The notes beneath the pieces are model-generated. The model made no database searches, was not told the DNA's origin, and saw only the letters and a program-made list of their open reading frames with translations. This document shows positions 1 through 12,046 of a stretch of DNA of 64,000 nucleotides, piece by piece; position 1 is the first letter of the stretch, and every line of letters starts with the position of its first letter. Source of the DNA: Octopus sinensis (taxonomy: Eukaryota); the NCBI RefSeq assembly GCF_006345805.1, contig NW_021835460.1:1-64000 (forward strand), read 5' to 3'. Made by a program: the position numbers and the translations under genes.

Positions 1-49
1 CATATATGTATATATATAAATCTAGATATATATACATATATACATTATA

Positions 50-93
<44 letters not shown>

Positions 94-115
94 CATATAT
101 ATACATATATAATGC

Positions 116-147
<32 letters not shown>

Positions 148-514
148 GTATATATATACATACATATATATATATATCAACACACCCACCCACTTTATAC
201 ATGTGTGTGGTGTGTGTGTATGCATACACAGATTATATACACAGTTTGCTTTACGGTCAGTGTTATCGCATTGACCAAAACCAAATTTATATAAAGGTGT
301 CATGAAATATTACCAACAGCAACAAATACAAAAACAATATCAATAACAATAATAATAATGATAATCAATACCAATAATAATAATAATGATAATAACAACA
401 ACAACTACTACTACTACAACAGCAGCAGCAGCAACAATAACAACATCAACGACAACAACAACAATAACAATGATAATAATAATAATAATGATGATGATGA
501 TGATGATGATGATG

Positions 515-555
<41 letters not shown>

Positions 556-568
556 AATAATAATAATG

Positions 569-635
<67 letters not shown>

Positions 636-670
636 TAATAATGATAATAATAATAATAATAATAATAATG

Positions 671-763
<93 letters not shown>

Positions 764-1116
764 TGATGATTTTGATAATAATTCTTTCCCTTTTTGCTAC
801 AAGAAAAATAATTTTGATGGGGGAGGTTAGGGTTAGGATTATATCGACCAGAAATTTGATTGGTGCTTTAGTTTATCGAAAAGGACGTGAAGAACTACAA
901 GTTATACCGCAAGGCATTTTTGGGGGACCCACTAATGATTCTGCCAAACACGCTACTCTCATAAAGATAAACAAAATAATGGCCACAAGGACCCATGCAC
1001 ATCACACAAAAAAATGTAGCACAAAGAATGTGTGAAGACGTATACATACATGCATACATATATACATGCATATATGTGTATGTATATTACATGTGTGTCT
1101 GTGTTTATGTATATAT

Positions 1117-1154
<38 letters not shown>

Positions 1155-1172
1155 TATATATAATATTTATAT

Positions 1173-1594
1173 TCTTTTACTCTTTTACTCTTTTACTTGT
1201 TTCAGTCATTTTTGACTGCGGCCATGCTGGAGCACCGCTTTAAGTCGAGCAAATCGACCCCGGGACTTATTCTTTGTAAGCCCAGTACTTATTCTATCGG
1301 TCTCTTTTGCCGAACCGCTATGTGACGGGGACGTAAACACATCGCATCGGTTGTCAAGACAATGCTAGGGGGACAAACACAGACACATAAACACCACACA
1401 CATACACACATATATATAATACATATATACGACACAGGCTTCTTTCAGTTCCGTCTACCAAATCCACTCACAAGGCATTGGTCGGCCCGGGGCTATAGTA
1501 GAAGACACTTGCTCAAGATGCCACGCAGTGGGACTGAAACCGGAACCATGTGGTTGGTTAGCAAGCTACTTACCACACAGCCACTCCTGTGCCT
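1173..1594 (-). mobile_element. tRNA-derived SINE family A (CORE-like body, central TA/CA microsatellite)
   Basis: Head AGGCACAGGAGTGGCTGTGTGGTAAG...GGTTTCAGTCCC, body CTTGAGCAAGTGTCTTCT, (AAAAGAGT)n tail; many copies in window. Confidence 0.9.
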
Positions 1595-1613
1595 CATATA
1601 TAAATATATATAT

Positions 1614-1868
1614 GAGGCACAGGAGTGGCTGTGTGGTAGAAAGCTTGCTTCCCATATACATAGTTCCTGGTTCAGTCCCACTGCCTAGCACCTTGGGCAA
1701 GTGTCTTCTGCTATAGCCCCGGGCCGGCCAATGTCTTGTGAGTGGATTTGGTAGACGGAAACTGAAAGAAGCCCGTCGTATATATGTATATATATATGTT
1801 GGGGTGTTGTGTGTATTTTCGTGTCTGAGTTTGTCACTTCACCATCGCTTGACATCGCGGTGTGCTAA
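1614..1868 (+). mobile_element. SINE family A, 3'-truncated, head-to-head with previous copy
   Basis: Same head and body in the opposite orientation. Confidence 0.85.
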
Positions 1869-1872
1869 CGAT

Positions 1873-2530
1873 TCTTATTTCTTCATTGCCCACAAGGGGC
1901 TAAACAGAGAGAGGACAAACAAGGACAGACAAACGGATTAAGTCGATTATATCAACACCAGTGCGTAACTGGTACTTATTTAATCGACCCCGAAAGGATG
2001 AAAGGCAAAGTAGACCTCGGCGGAATTTGAACTCAGAACGTAAAGACAGACGAAAACCCGCTAAGCATTTCGTCCAGCGGTGCTCACAATTCTGCCGATA
2101 GCCGCCTTACCACACTTATAATAATGATAGCCACAACATTTGAAATTTAGTAGGAGAGGGTAAGTCGACTACATCGACCCTAGTGCGTACTGGTACTTAT
2201 TTAATCGACCCCGAAAGGATGAAAGGCAAAGTAGACCTCGGCGGAATTTGAACTCAGAACGTAAAGACAGACGAAACACCGCTAAGCATTTCGTCCAGCG
2301 TGCTCACAATTCTGCCAGATAGCCACCTTACCACACTTATAATAATGATAGCCACAACATTTGAAATTTAGTAGGAGAGGGTAAGTCGACTACATCGACC
2401 CTAGTGCGTAACTGGTATTTATTTAATCGAGCCCAAAAGGATGAAAGGCAAAGTCGACCTCGGCGGATTTTGAACACAGAACGTAGAGACGGAAAAATCA
2501 TAGCTAGGCATTTTCCCCCGGCGCGGTTAC
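1873..2530 (-). mobile_element. SINE family B (Deu/Nin-domain-like), three tandem partial copies
   Basis: GACTTTGCCTTTCATCCTTTCGGGGTCGAT..AAGTACC core on minus strand; about 222-bp tandem unit. Confidence 0.85.
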
Positions 2531-3231
2531 GACTCAGCCAACTCGCCGCTTTCCTTTCTTGTAATAACGATAAGGAAACTTATCGGTAATGACTCTATTG
2601 TAGATAGATTGTGATATAAAATAAAAGAAAACGAATAAATAATAGGTGAGAAGTGTCTGAACGACTTATCAAATTGATTAGTTTATGAATTAATGTTTTG
2701 TGTGACATCTTGCTAATGTCCGGTCAGAATGAGCTTTCGCTCTTTATTGATTTAAGGCCAATCAGATTAGTTTGAAGAAAATAATAAGGTAATTTACACC
2801 AGCTCTTACAAGGTGATGTGCCTTGGGGGGTGAAGGCCTTTCATCAATGGAAATAATAAAGGGAAAATTGGAAATATTAGAACATTTTCAATAACAACAC
2901 CGGCAATAATAATAATAATAATAATAATAACAACACTAACAATAAAATAACAAAATAAGACATCACCATCAATAGCAACAACAACAACAATAACAAACTA
3001 AAGAACACGTGGTGGAAATCGACTCGTGAAGGAGTAAGACTACTTCTTAGATTTATTTCATTCTAAGAAACACTGTACGTTTGATTTCCTTGCCGCTGAT
3101 GACGTCTTATGTGGCTCCTGAGGCCAGCAAGGAGCACACAGGTCATTCCATATTGATTACAAGTTGGTTCTTAAGCCGCAGTCTCACTATCTAGATGTGG
3201 GATTTATAATGCCGAGTGCTGGATAACAAGA

Positions 3232-3455
3232 ATACATACATACGTACATACATACATACATACATACATACAGACAGACAGACAGACAGACAGACATACA
3301 GACAGGCATACATACATACGTACATACATACATACGTACATACGTACATACATACATACATACATACATACATACATACATACGTACGTACGTACATACA
3401 ACACATACGCATACGTACATACAAACGTACATACATTCATACGTACATACATACA

Positions 3456-3486
<31 letters not shown>

Positions 3487-3493
3487 GCATATA

Positions 3494-3524
<31 letters not shown>

Positions 3525-3579
3525 GCATATATACATACATACATACATACATACATACATACATACATTCATACATACA

Positions 3580-3613
<34 letters not shown>

Positions 3614-4172
3614 CGTACATACATATATACATACATACATACATACATACATACGTACGTACATACATACATACATACATACATACATACGTACGTACAT
3701 ACATACATACATACGTACATACATACATACGTACATACATACATACATACATACGTACATACATACATACGTACATACATACATACATACATACATGCAT
3801 GCATACATACATACATACGTACATACATACATACATACATACATACATACATACATACATACATACATACATACGTACGTACATACATACATACATACAT
3901 ACATGCATACATACATACGTACATACATACATACATACATACATACATACGTAGATACATACATACATACATTCATACATACATACATACATACATACAT
4001 ACATACATACATACATACATACATACATACGTACATACATACATACATACATACATATATACGTACATACATACATACATACATACATACATACATACGT
4101 ACATACATACATACATACGTACGTACGTACATACATACATACATACATACATACATACATACATACAAACGT
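3232..4172. repeat. (TACA)n tetranucleotide array, about 940 bp
   Basis: Direct reading; explains the HTYI/MYVC ORFs. Confidence 0.98.
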
Positions 4173-4361
4173 ATGTAGCTGTGTGTGTTTTCATTTCTTG
4201 ACTGGAGATTAAAAATATATATATATTTTAACCGTTCATCTGCTTGTATAGAAAACACAGTCTATTTCATATGCAACTAAGGACACTCACGTTCTTAAAT
4301 CTGTTTTGATATAAAACAAGACTCATAATATTTCAAAGAAAATGAGATCCTGTTTTTTTCC

Positions 4362-4588
4362 ATTTCTTTATTACCCACAAGGGGCTAAACATAGAAGGGA
4401 CAAACAAGGACAGCCATAGGTATTAAGTCGATTACATCGACCCCAGTGCGTAACTGGTACTTAATTTATCGACCCCGAAAGGATGAAAGGTAAAGTCGAC
4501 CTCGGCGGAATTTGAACTCACAAAGTAACGGCAGACAAAATACCGCTAAGCATTTCGCCCGACGTGCTAACGTTTCTGCCAGCTCGCC
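4362..4588 (-). mobile_element. SINE family B
   Basis: Head GGCGAGCTGGCAGAAACGTTAGC, B-box GAGTTCAAATTCC, tail AAAGAAAT. Confidence 0.9.
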
Positions 4589-4693
4589 TGTTTTTTCCCC
4601 GTCATTCTACGCACAACTATTCACTCTTTATATTTTAATGTGTTATAAGGTAATCATCTGTAATGTAGGAATTATAGAGCTCTGTCCTTTCTC

Positions 4694-4872
4694 TGTATGT
4701 ATGTGTGTATGTATGTATGTATGTATGTATGTATGTATGTATGTATGTATGCATGCATGCATGTATGTATGCATGTATGTATGTATGTATGTATGCATGC
4801 ATGCATGCATGTATGTATGTATGTATGTATGTATGTATGTATGTATGTATGTATGTATGTATGTATGTATGC
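4694..4872. repeat. (TATG)n array
   Basis: Direct reading. Confidence 0.95.
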
Positions 4873-4955
4873 GTGCAAATTTGTATGTTTTATGTATGTA
4901 TTCGCATGCATATAGTTGCATATCTAGACATGTTCATATATATTTAAATGATAAA

Positions 4956-5720
4956 CTTCTGAATTAGCGTTCTCCTTTCTAGTTTTGAGAAGCCTAATTT
5001 CTCAAGATTGGTATTTAGGCAGTGTGTTACATATCCCAGGGCTCCAATAATTACAGGTATAAAGCTGAACTTGTAAACTGGATAGAATAACTACAGATTT
5101 CTCAATAGTTTTCCATAGGTGTTCGCTTTTCCACTGATCTTCAGCTACTTTCGACTGTACAAATTTTCTCTTCTTATCCCAAATCATTATGTCAGGTCTC
5201 TTGTGCTTACATTTTGTTGAAGTCTTCACAATGCCATTCCACCAGTATTCCTTTTTATTATGAGTGGTTATGGTTTCTACCATATTGTGGGTTCTTATTT
5301 CTTTGTCCTCAGGATTATCCTTTCGACGGATTTCATTAAAGAGGGCCCCAGCTACAACATCATGTCTAATCGGTAATAATCCCGTAATGACTGCTTATGG
5401 TGTGGGTGATATCTTCGGTGTTAATTCCACAAAGTCAGCATCGGTTGTCACATTTTACAGCTTTTCCTGCATCTCAATCCCTTTTGTGCATTAGGTATTT
5501 GGTTGATATTTCCTGTTCCTGGATTGCAAACGCATACCCTTTAAAGTGGAGGGTAGTAATCCGGTTAATCGTCCATGATAAACTGCTTTGATGATCGATG
5601 TTACTATCGCGACGGAGCTTTCTACTAATCATGCATAGTCTTCTGCTCAATTAGGCTCATCCTTTCATCTGATGATACGTTGCGGTAGAGTCATACGACT
5701 TCTTTGGGCATGGATTCTAG
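4956..5720 (-). mobile_element. Decayed R4/Dong-type non-LTR retrotransposon, C-terminal zinc knuckle and restriction-like endonuclease
   Basis: Minus frames give AFAIQEQEISTKYL...C.LCG..TEDITH, WWN..VKTSTKCKHKRPDIMIWDK and IPVIIGALGYV, with stops and frameshifts. Confidence 0.8.
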
Positions 5721-7036
5721 ATTATCAGACAAACAGTGTTGCTCAATGAGCTGCCTTCCAAGTCTAATGATGTTATGTGCGTGTGTTTGTGTGTACAGAT
5801 GAACATATGCGTGCATGCAGACATCCAAATATATGTAAATGACACGAATACAAAATACAAGAATAGTCCTGTGGTTAAGAATTTTTCTTCTTCCGGGTTC
5901 GATCTCGCTGTCTCTAAACTCCAGTTGACCAACGATTTATGAGTGAAATTTGATGAAAAAGAAAAAAAACTGTTTGTGCGCCTGTCATACGTATGTGAAT
6001 GTACGCACGCGTACATTGTATACCAGTGTAAATAGACCTTCCAATTGCGTCCTTTGTCCCAAAATATTAATTAAGCATCCAAGTAATAATTAAAAAGTAC
6101 CGGATTGAAATAAGTACTTACTGGAGAAGATTATAAGTGACAGTGTTGCTCCAGCATGGCTATAATTCTATGAACGAAACCAGTGAAAGAAGAAGATTAA
6201 ATTAAACATAAACATGTATTTATGTTATAAATATTTCCAAAGGAATCTTCCAACGAGACATCCTGTCTGTGCTTCTGTTTATTTTGGCACCAAATCCACT
6301 CAATTTCTTTGACAAAAATCCAGTAATTATATGTTAGTGCCAAGTTACATAAATGTAACCCATAATTTACGTCGGACGATCTAAAGATCTATACTGGAAA
6401 TATTTACATTTCTGAGAAACCACTGGATTTAGCAAGAACATTTTAAATGGATATAGAGATGGAATTTGGCCAAAAGAATTGCTTATGAGATAGATTGACG
6501 TGGAAAATTTACTTCTCAAACCTCAAAATTTTATGTCTATAGTCACTCTCTCGTCTGTCCTGTTCCACGCCACGAATGCAACAATTCTTAGCTATTGATG
6601 GAAACGTTTCGCGTAAAGTTGCCATGAACGAAGGTAGCGACTAAAGACTGTTATACTAAACTCTTTGGAGTAACTCCTTAACGCCTTACTAATTCTACTA
6701 CCAACACCTGGGATACTTAACTGGTCTAAGGGTGGGGTGAATTTTTTCGAAGACATTAAAACCGGCAATAGTGTTACTGATAGACGCTATCTCGGAAGAA
6801 AAATATGGTGAGAACCATAAGATCCGTCCAGACAACATTTGTGTATCGCCTGGTGTCACTCGGCCAGTTACCAAATAGCCACAGCAAAAAGAAGAATTGA
6901 AAAGTGAGAAGAACAACAACTTACCGGTCTGACGTGAACTCCCCAAAGAGTATTCAGTTCTCGAAGACATTCCATGCAATCGTGGAATAGACTACCGTGT
7001 CTCAACAAAAATTTGGTGAGAAACAATTAACATAAT

Positions 7037-7692
7037 AGGCGCAAGTGCGGCTGTGTGGCAAGACGTGCGCTTGCCAACCACATGGTCCCAGGTTCAGTCC
7101 CACTCAGTGACACCTTGGGCAAGTGTCTTCTTATTTCTTTATTTCCCACAAGCGGCTAAATACAGAGGGGACAAACAAGGTACTTAATTTATAGACCCTG
7201 AAAGGTTGAAAGGCAAAGTCAACCTCGGCGGAATTTGAACTCAGCACGTTGCGGCAGACGAAATACCGCTAAGCATTTCGCCGGCGTGCTAACGTTTCTG
7301 CCAGCTCACCGCCTTTTAGACAAGTGTCTTCTGCTATAGCCTCGAGCTCGCCAAAGCCTTGTGAGTGGGTTTGTTAGACGGAAAGTGAAAAAAGCCTGTC
7401 GTATACGTGTGTGCGCGCGTGTGTGTGCGTGCACGCGCGTATGTGTGTGTATGCGCGTGCACGCGTATATGTGTGCAAATGTGTAGCTTTGTGTCTGTGT
7501 TTGTCCCTCTCACGACCGCCTGACAAACGGTGTTGGTGTGTTTACGTTCCTGTACATTTGGGGTTCGGCAAAAGACACCGATAAAATGAACACCAGGCTT
7601 TAAAAATATTATTGGCGTCAATTCATTCGACTAAAAATTCTTCAGGGTAGTGCCCCAGCATGGCCGCAGTCTAATGACTGAAACAAGTAAAA
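7037..7692 (+). mobile_element. SINE family A interrupted by a family B copy (7132-7313, minus)
   Basis: 12-bp TSD CAAGTGTCTTCT at 7120-7131 and 7321-7332 flanks the B copy. Confidence 0.9.
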
Positions 7693-7776
7693 GATAAAAC
7701 GAAGTGCCAGAAATTTATGCATCGATATATCTCATCAACTTGAGGATGGCGCTAACATTGATGTAAAGTGTCGCCT

Positions 7777-8172
7777 CACTCTTTTACTTGTTTCAGTCAT
7801 GTGACTGCGGCTATGCTGGAGCACCGCCTTTAGTCGAGAACATCGACCCCAGGACTTATTCTTTGTAAGCCTAGTACTTATTCGATCGGTCTCTTTTGTC
7901 GAACCGCTGAGTTACGGAGACGTAAACACACCAGCATCGGTTGTCAAGCGATGTTGGGGGACAAACACAGACACAGATACACACATATATAAATATATAC
8001 ATATACATATATACGACGGGCTTCTTTCAGTTTCCGTCTACCAAATTCACTCACAAGGTTTTGGTCGGCCTGAGGCTATAGTAGAAGACACTTGCCCAAG
8101 GTGCCATGCAGTGTGAATGAACCCAGAACCATGTGGTTGGTAAGTAAGCTACTTACCACACAGCCACTCCTC
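7777..8172 (-). mobile_element. SINE family A
   Basis: Full-length match to other A copies. Confidence 0.9.
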
Positions 8173-8492
8173 TTACACTCGTGACCGTTACATCATCACA
8201 TTTTGAAAGTTATACTCTTTCACTTCATGTGTAGGATTTAGCTACGAAATATCTATTAGATAAAAGTGACAGCGAAGCAGTTAAAACACCCAAGATGCGA
8301 TCGAAAATGTCTATTATATCACATTATTTTTATGTAAGTTGTTACACATTTTCAGAAACTGCCAAAAAATATCATTAAATTACTATCTCCAAAAGCATCA
8401 CGATATAACTGTTAATGGAATAAACAACACCATCCGTGCAAAACATCAACCTCAAGATAAATATTTAAGGTAAACATAACAGGCTTGATATA

Positions 8493-9096
8493 CGAGGAAG
8501 GGGGTGCTGGAAAGTTCCTGGTTTTGGGTAAAAGAAAATACAAGAGGACGGTTAATTATGATTTTATTGAACACTAGCAGTATCGCCCGGCGATGCTCGG
8601 GTTTGTAAAGGAAATAACTATAAAGCATTTTTAGAGAGTTATAGCCAAAAAATGGAAAAAAAATGATGGTAAATTTTTTTTTTAGTTAAAAAGGTCGAGT
8701 TGCGTCCCCTAGACAGTCTGTGGTTTATGTTTCTGATTCTCGACCCCATGTCGAATTTATGGATTTTTTTCAGAACTGGGGGAACTTTTCAAAATTTTCG
8801 CTGCGTTAGTTTTGAATTATGACATTGGGCTATGTGTGTGTCAAGTTTCATCAGAATCGGTTGAAAGCCGTGGTCAGGGTGAGTGTACAACCTAACAGAC
8901 ACACAGAAACACACACAGACAAACTGCCGTTTATATATATAGAGAGATATTCCCCTCTCAGATTCACACACTTATCGCGACGGTCCCTCAGTTTTTCTAT
9001 GGCCTGTAAAAGAACTCGGAAGGTTGGGCCTACAACCAGGTCTTTCACGGTACCCTTTAAGCCAGGAAATGTCAGCGATCCTTCGTTATCCAGCAA
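8493..9096 (-). mobile_element. Mariner transposon 3' end (transposase C-terminus and TIR), split by a Helitron
   Basis: TA-CGAGG...GAAAGTTCC terminus at 8491; minus frame LQAIEKLRDRRDKCVNLRGEY|VQ* matches the mariner KL..RW.KC...G.YVE* end. Confidence 0.8.
8574..8947 (-). mobile_element. Non-autonomous Helitron (Lep1/DINE-like), 374 bp
   Basis: Minus strand starts TC(TCTCTATATATAAA), ends with hairpin CCCGAGCATCGCCGGG then CTAG; inserted at A|T without TSD; removal restores the mariner sequence. Confidence 0.85.
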
Positions 9097-9623
9097 CTCG
9101 GGCTAATACGAACGAGCCTGGTAGATGTAAAAGACTAACTGGCACCTCTTGTCGAGAGTACAGGCGACAGTCAGATCACAGATGTTCGCTGTGCACTCCG
9201 CTATCGTTATTTGATTGCTGTTATTCTGTGCGTCTGTGTGTCAGTGTGTCACACTTTTCCACTTTACTCTTAGAGGTCGTAGCCCAACATATACTATTCT
9301 GGAATCAGGCCGACTCCGTGAGTAAATTAAAAACATTCCGAGCCGAATCCAGACCCACAATCCTGAAATTTTGGATTCCCAAGTTTTCATTACTGCGATA
9401 GTTTCCGGCGATTTTTTTACGTAAAATTTTGCGACGAATTTTTTTGGCACGATAATAATTTTTATAACTTGGAAATAAATTCGGAGAATAATCGAAATTG
9501 CGAAATCCAGCGATTATTTTCGGCGATTTTTTACGTGATTTTTTTGCGACGAATATGATCATCATTGGGACATGACTCTGGAGGAAGAAATTGCAACAAG
9601 TTCTCCAAAACAAGTCAGAAATC

Positions 9624-9780
9624 TACATTATTATCATTATTTACATTCGACGGATAATTGTCCTCATCTTGTTTGTTGTTAATACAACGTTTCGGCTGAT
9701 ATACCCTCCAGCCTTCTTCAGGTGTCTTGCGGAAATTTCGAATCTGGGTTCTCATTCCTAAGGTATTTTTCGATGTTGTT
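9624..9780 (-). mobile_element. 3' part of a hammerhead-bearing non-autonomous element (Penelope-associated type)
   Basis: Shares AACAAACAAGATGAGGACAA.TATCCGTCGAATGTAAATAATG with the inverted copy at 10867-10990; contains the ribozyme motif. Confidence 0.7.
9681..9726 (-). ncRNA. Minimal type I hammerhead ribozyme motif
   Basis: GACAC-CUGAAGA-A-GGCUG(GAGGGUAUAU)CAGCC-GAAAC-GUU-GUAUU: intact core, 5-bp helix II, palindromic AACGUU helix III, helix I with one mismatch. Confidence 0.75.
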
Positions 9781-9808
9781 GTTATTATTAATATTATTAT
9801 TATTATTA

Positions 9809-9857
<49 letters not shown>

Positions 9858-9881
9858 ATTATTATTATTATTATTATTATT

Positions 9882-10158
9882 GTTCTATGTTTGACTTTTG
9901 CTTTATATTTGTACAAGTTGGCTCCAAGTCTCACCCACAGACCTCAAGAGACAACAGGTTGGGAGTTCATGTTGTTGTTATGCCTAGTGTGCCATATATT
10001 TGGGGTTTTTTTTAGTGTTGTACTAGTGAATGTCTAAAAAAAAACATACGAAAATTATGTTTGTTTTAAAACTTGAGATTACATAGAAAGTAATTTGCGT
10101 AGGATATGAGCAGTTCCCATGAGCACTATCTTTTGAATTTCTGCCATTTTTTTTTTTA
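9882..10158 (-). mobile_element. R4/Dong LINE 3' end (last codons, 3' UTR) inside an (AAT)n tract
   Basis: 10147-10079 reads MAEIQKIVLMGTAHILRKLLSM*, the Dong-type QK..LLGTA.ILR terminus; (ATT)n on both sides. Confidence 0.8.
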
Positions 10159-10159
10159 G

Positions 10160-10203
<44 letters not shown>

Positions 10204-10234
10204 CATCATCATCATTATTATTATTATTATTATT

Positions 10235-10754
10235 GAGTGAGAGAGCAGTTCATGCCATCAAAGTGACACTGGGGTAAAATATACGAAGCCCAATATACCC
10301 ATCATGACTACCCGTCTGATAAAGGTACACCAGGCACATGCATCACAACCATATGTGCGCTACATGGTGATCTCATATCAAGATAAACAGCACATGACCT
10401 TGCAGGTGGGGCCCAGTTAGAATTTTCTTCAGGTTGAGTAGCCCATCCCGCTCAAACGGTCCCTGAATAAGGGTTGTTTAAGGATGTTGAAAGAACCACC
10501 CATGTTTCCAGAGGTGAACTATTCAAACCCCAAAGAATCCCTCTCAACACATGGCTATGATGCTCCCCCACTACTTCTGCTCGTGATCAGATGCACATAT
10601 CGTCAGCCACTAAGGGACATGCTCAACTGGTTAAGGTCAAACAACTGACAAGCAAATCTGTGGTATTGAGCAGAATATTTGCTGTAGCCCATGTTTTATA
10701 CCAAGACAAAACAATGTACATGCTAACACTTCCAATCAGTTAAGATCAGAAGCC
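10235..10754. mobile_element. Unclassified 520-bp interspersed element inside an (AAT)n tract
   Basis: (ATT)n on both sides; an internal 140-bp piece recurs at about 48710-48850. Confidence 0.7.
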
Positions 10755-10773
10755 ATTATTATTATTATTATTA

Positions 10774-10810
<37 letters not shown>

Positions 10811-10866
10811 TTATTATTATTATTATTAGTGTTCAGGCCACTGCTTGGAATCGATCTCGGAATCTT

Positions 10867-10990
10867 GGCTGGAGGGTATATCAGCCGAAAACATTGTGTT
10901 AAAAACAAACAAGATGAGGACAAATATCCGTCGAATGTAAATAATGTAAATAATGTACACAATTCCTCATCTCTTAAATATAGAACTGAC
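10867..10990 (+). mobile_element. Inverted, 5'-truncated copy of the hammerhead-element tail
   Basis: GGCTGGAGGGTATATCAGCCGAAAACATTGTGTT: helix II and GAAA present, CUGANGA half missing. Confidence 0.75.
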
Positions 10991-11266
10991 AGTGAGAAAT
11001 CTGTTTGCAGATCTTCCCACTCGGGGTCAGTAGCCTAAAAGCTATATACCAGGTTAAAAAGCCGCGCTATCAGGTGGCTTTTAAGCTAGTATTGTTATAT
11101 ATTCCATGGCTTATATTGTAGTTACGTTACATTCATCGGTTTTATGGGTGACATCTGCTACTGTGCCGTGATACGTTCTCACCTACGTTGCAGATATCAC
11201 AGCTTTGTATACAGGCATTGAAAGTCGGTATTATAATTCTCATCACTTGGCAGATATTTGTGCCAT

Positions 11267-11845
11267 AGGCGCAGAAGTGGCTGTTTGGTAAGTAGCTATA
11301 GGCGTAGGAGTGGCTGTGTGATAAGTAGCTTTCTTAGCAATCACATGGTCCTGGGTTCATTCCAACTGCGTGGCACCTTGGGCAAGTGTCTTCTACGATA
11401 GCCTCGAACCGACCAAAGCCTTGTGAGTCGATTTGGTAGACGGAAATTGAAAGAAGCCCGTCATATATATGTATATGTGTGTATATGTTTGTGTGTCTGT
11501 GTTTGTCCCCCCCAACATCGCTTGACAACCGATGCTGGTGTGTTTACGTTTACGTTTCCGTAACTTAGCGGTTCGGCAAAAAGAGACCGATAGAATAAGT
11601 ACTAGGCTTACAAAGAATAAGTCCTGTGGTCGATTTGCTCGGCTAAAGGCAGTGCTCCAGCATGGCCGCAGTCAAATGACTGAAGCAAGTAAAAGGGTAT
11701 AAAAAGAGTAAATTCTCCCTGAGAACTACGTAAAAGTTACGGGTGTCTGCGGAGTGCTCAGCCACTTGCGCGTTGGTTTCACGAGCCGTTTGTTACGTTG
11801 ATCGGATCAACTGGAGCCCTCATCGTCGTAGTCGACGGAGGACCA
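11267..11845 (+). mobile_element. SINE family A with duplicated head, followed by a family C tail fragment
   Basis: Head repeated at 11267 and 11300; CCCTGAGAACTACGT...GATCGGATCAAC tail at 11712-11845. Confidence 0.85.
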
Positions 11846-12046
11846 ACCAGTTATCTGAGTTACATATCTCACAGCTTGTTGTATCAATATATGTCACAAT
11901 ATTTACAGAGGTAACAGCTGACAGAATGTCTCACCGAGATACAAAGACTTCAGCTCTGTTGCACCTTCAAAATGTGACGGAGATTCACGTCTGTTACCAA
12001 TGAGTATGTTATATACTCATCAGAGTATGTTATATTCTCATCAAAA

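Noticed and set aside
6560-7020. GC-richer unique segment as an exon or TE ORF
   Set aside because: Stops in the frames examined and no motif recognised
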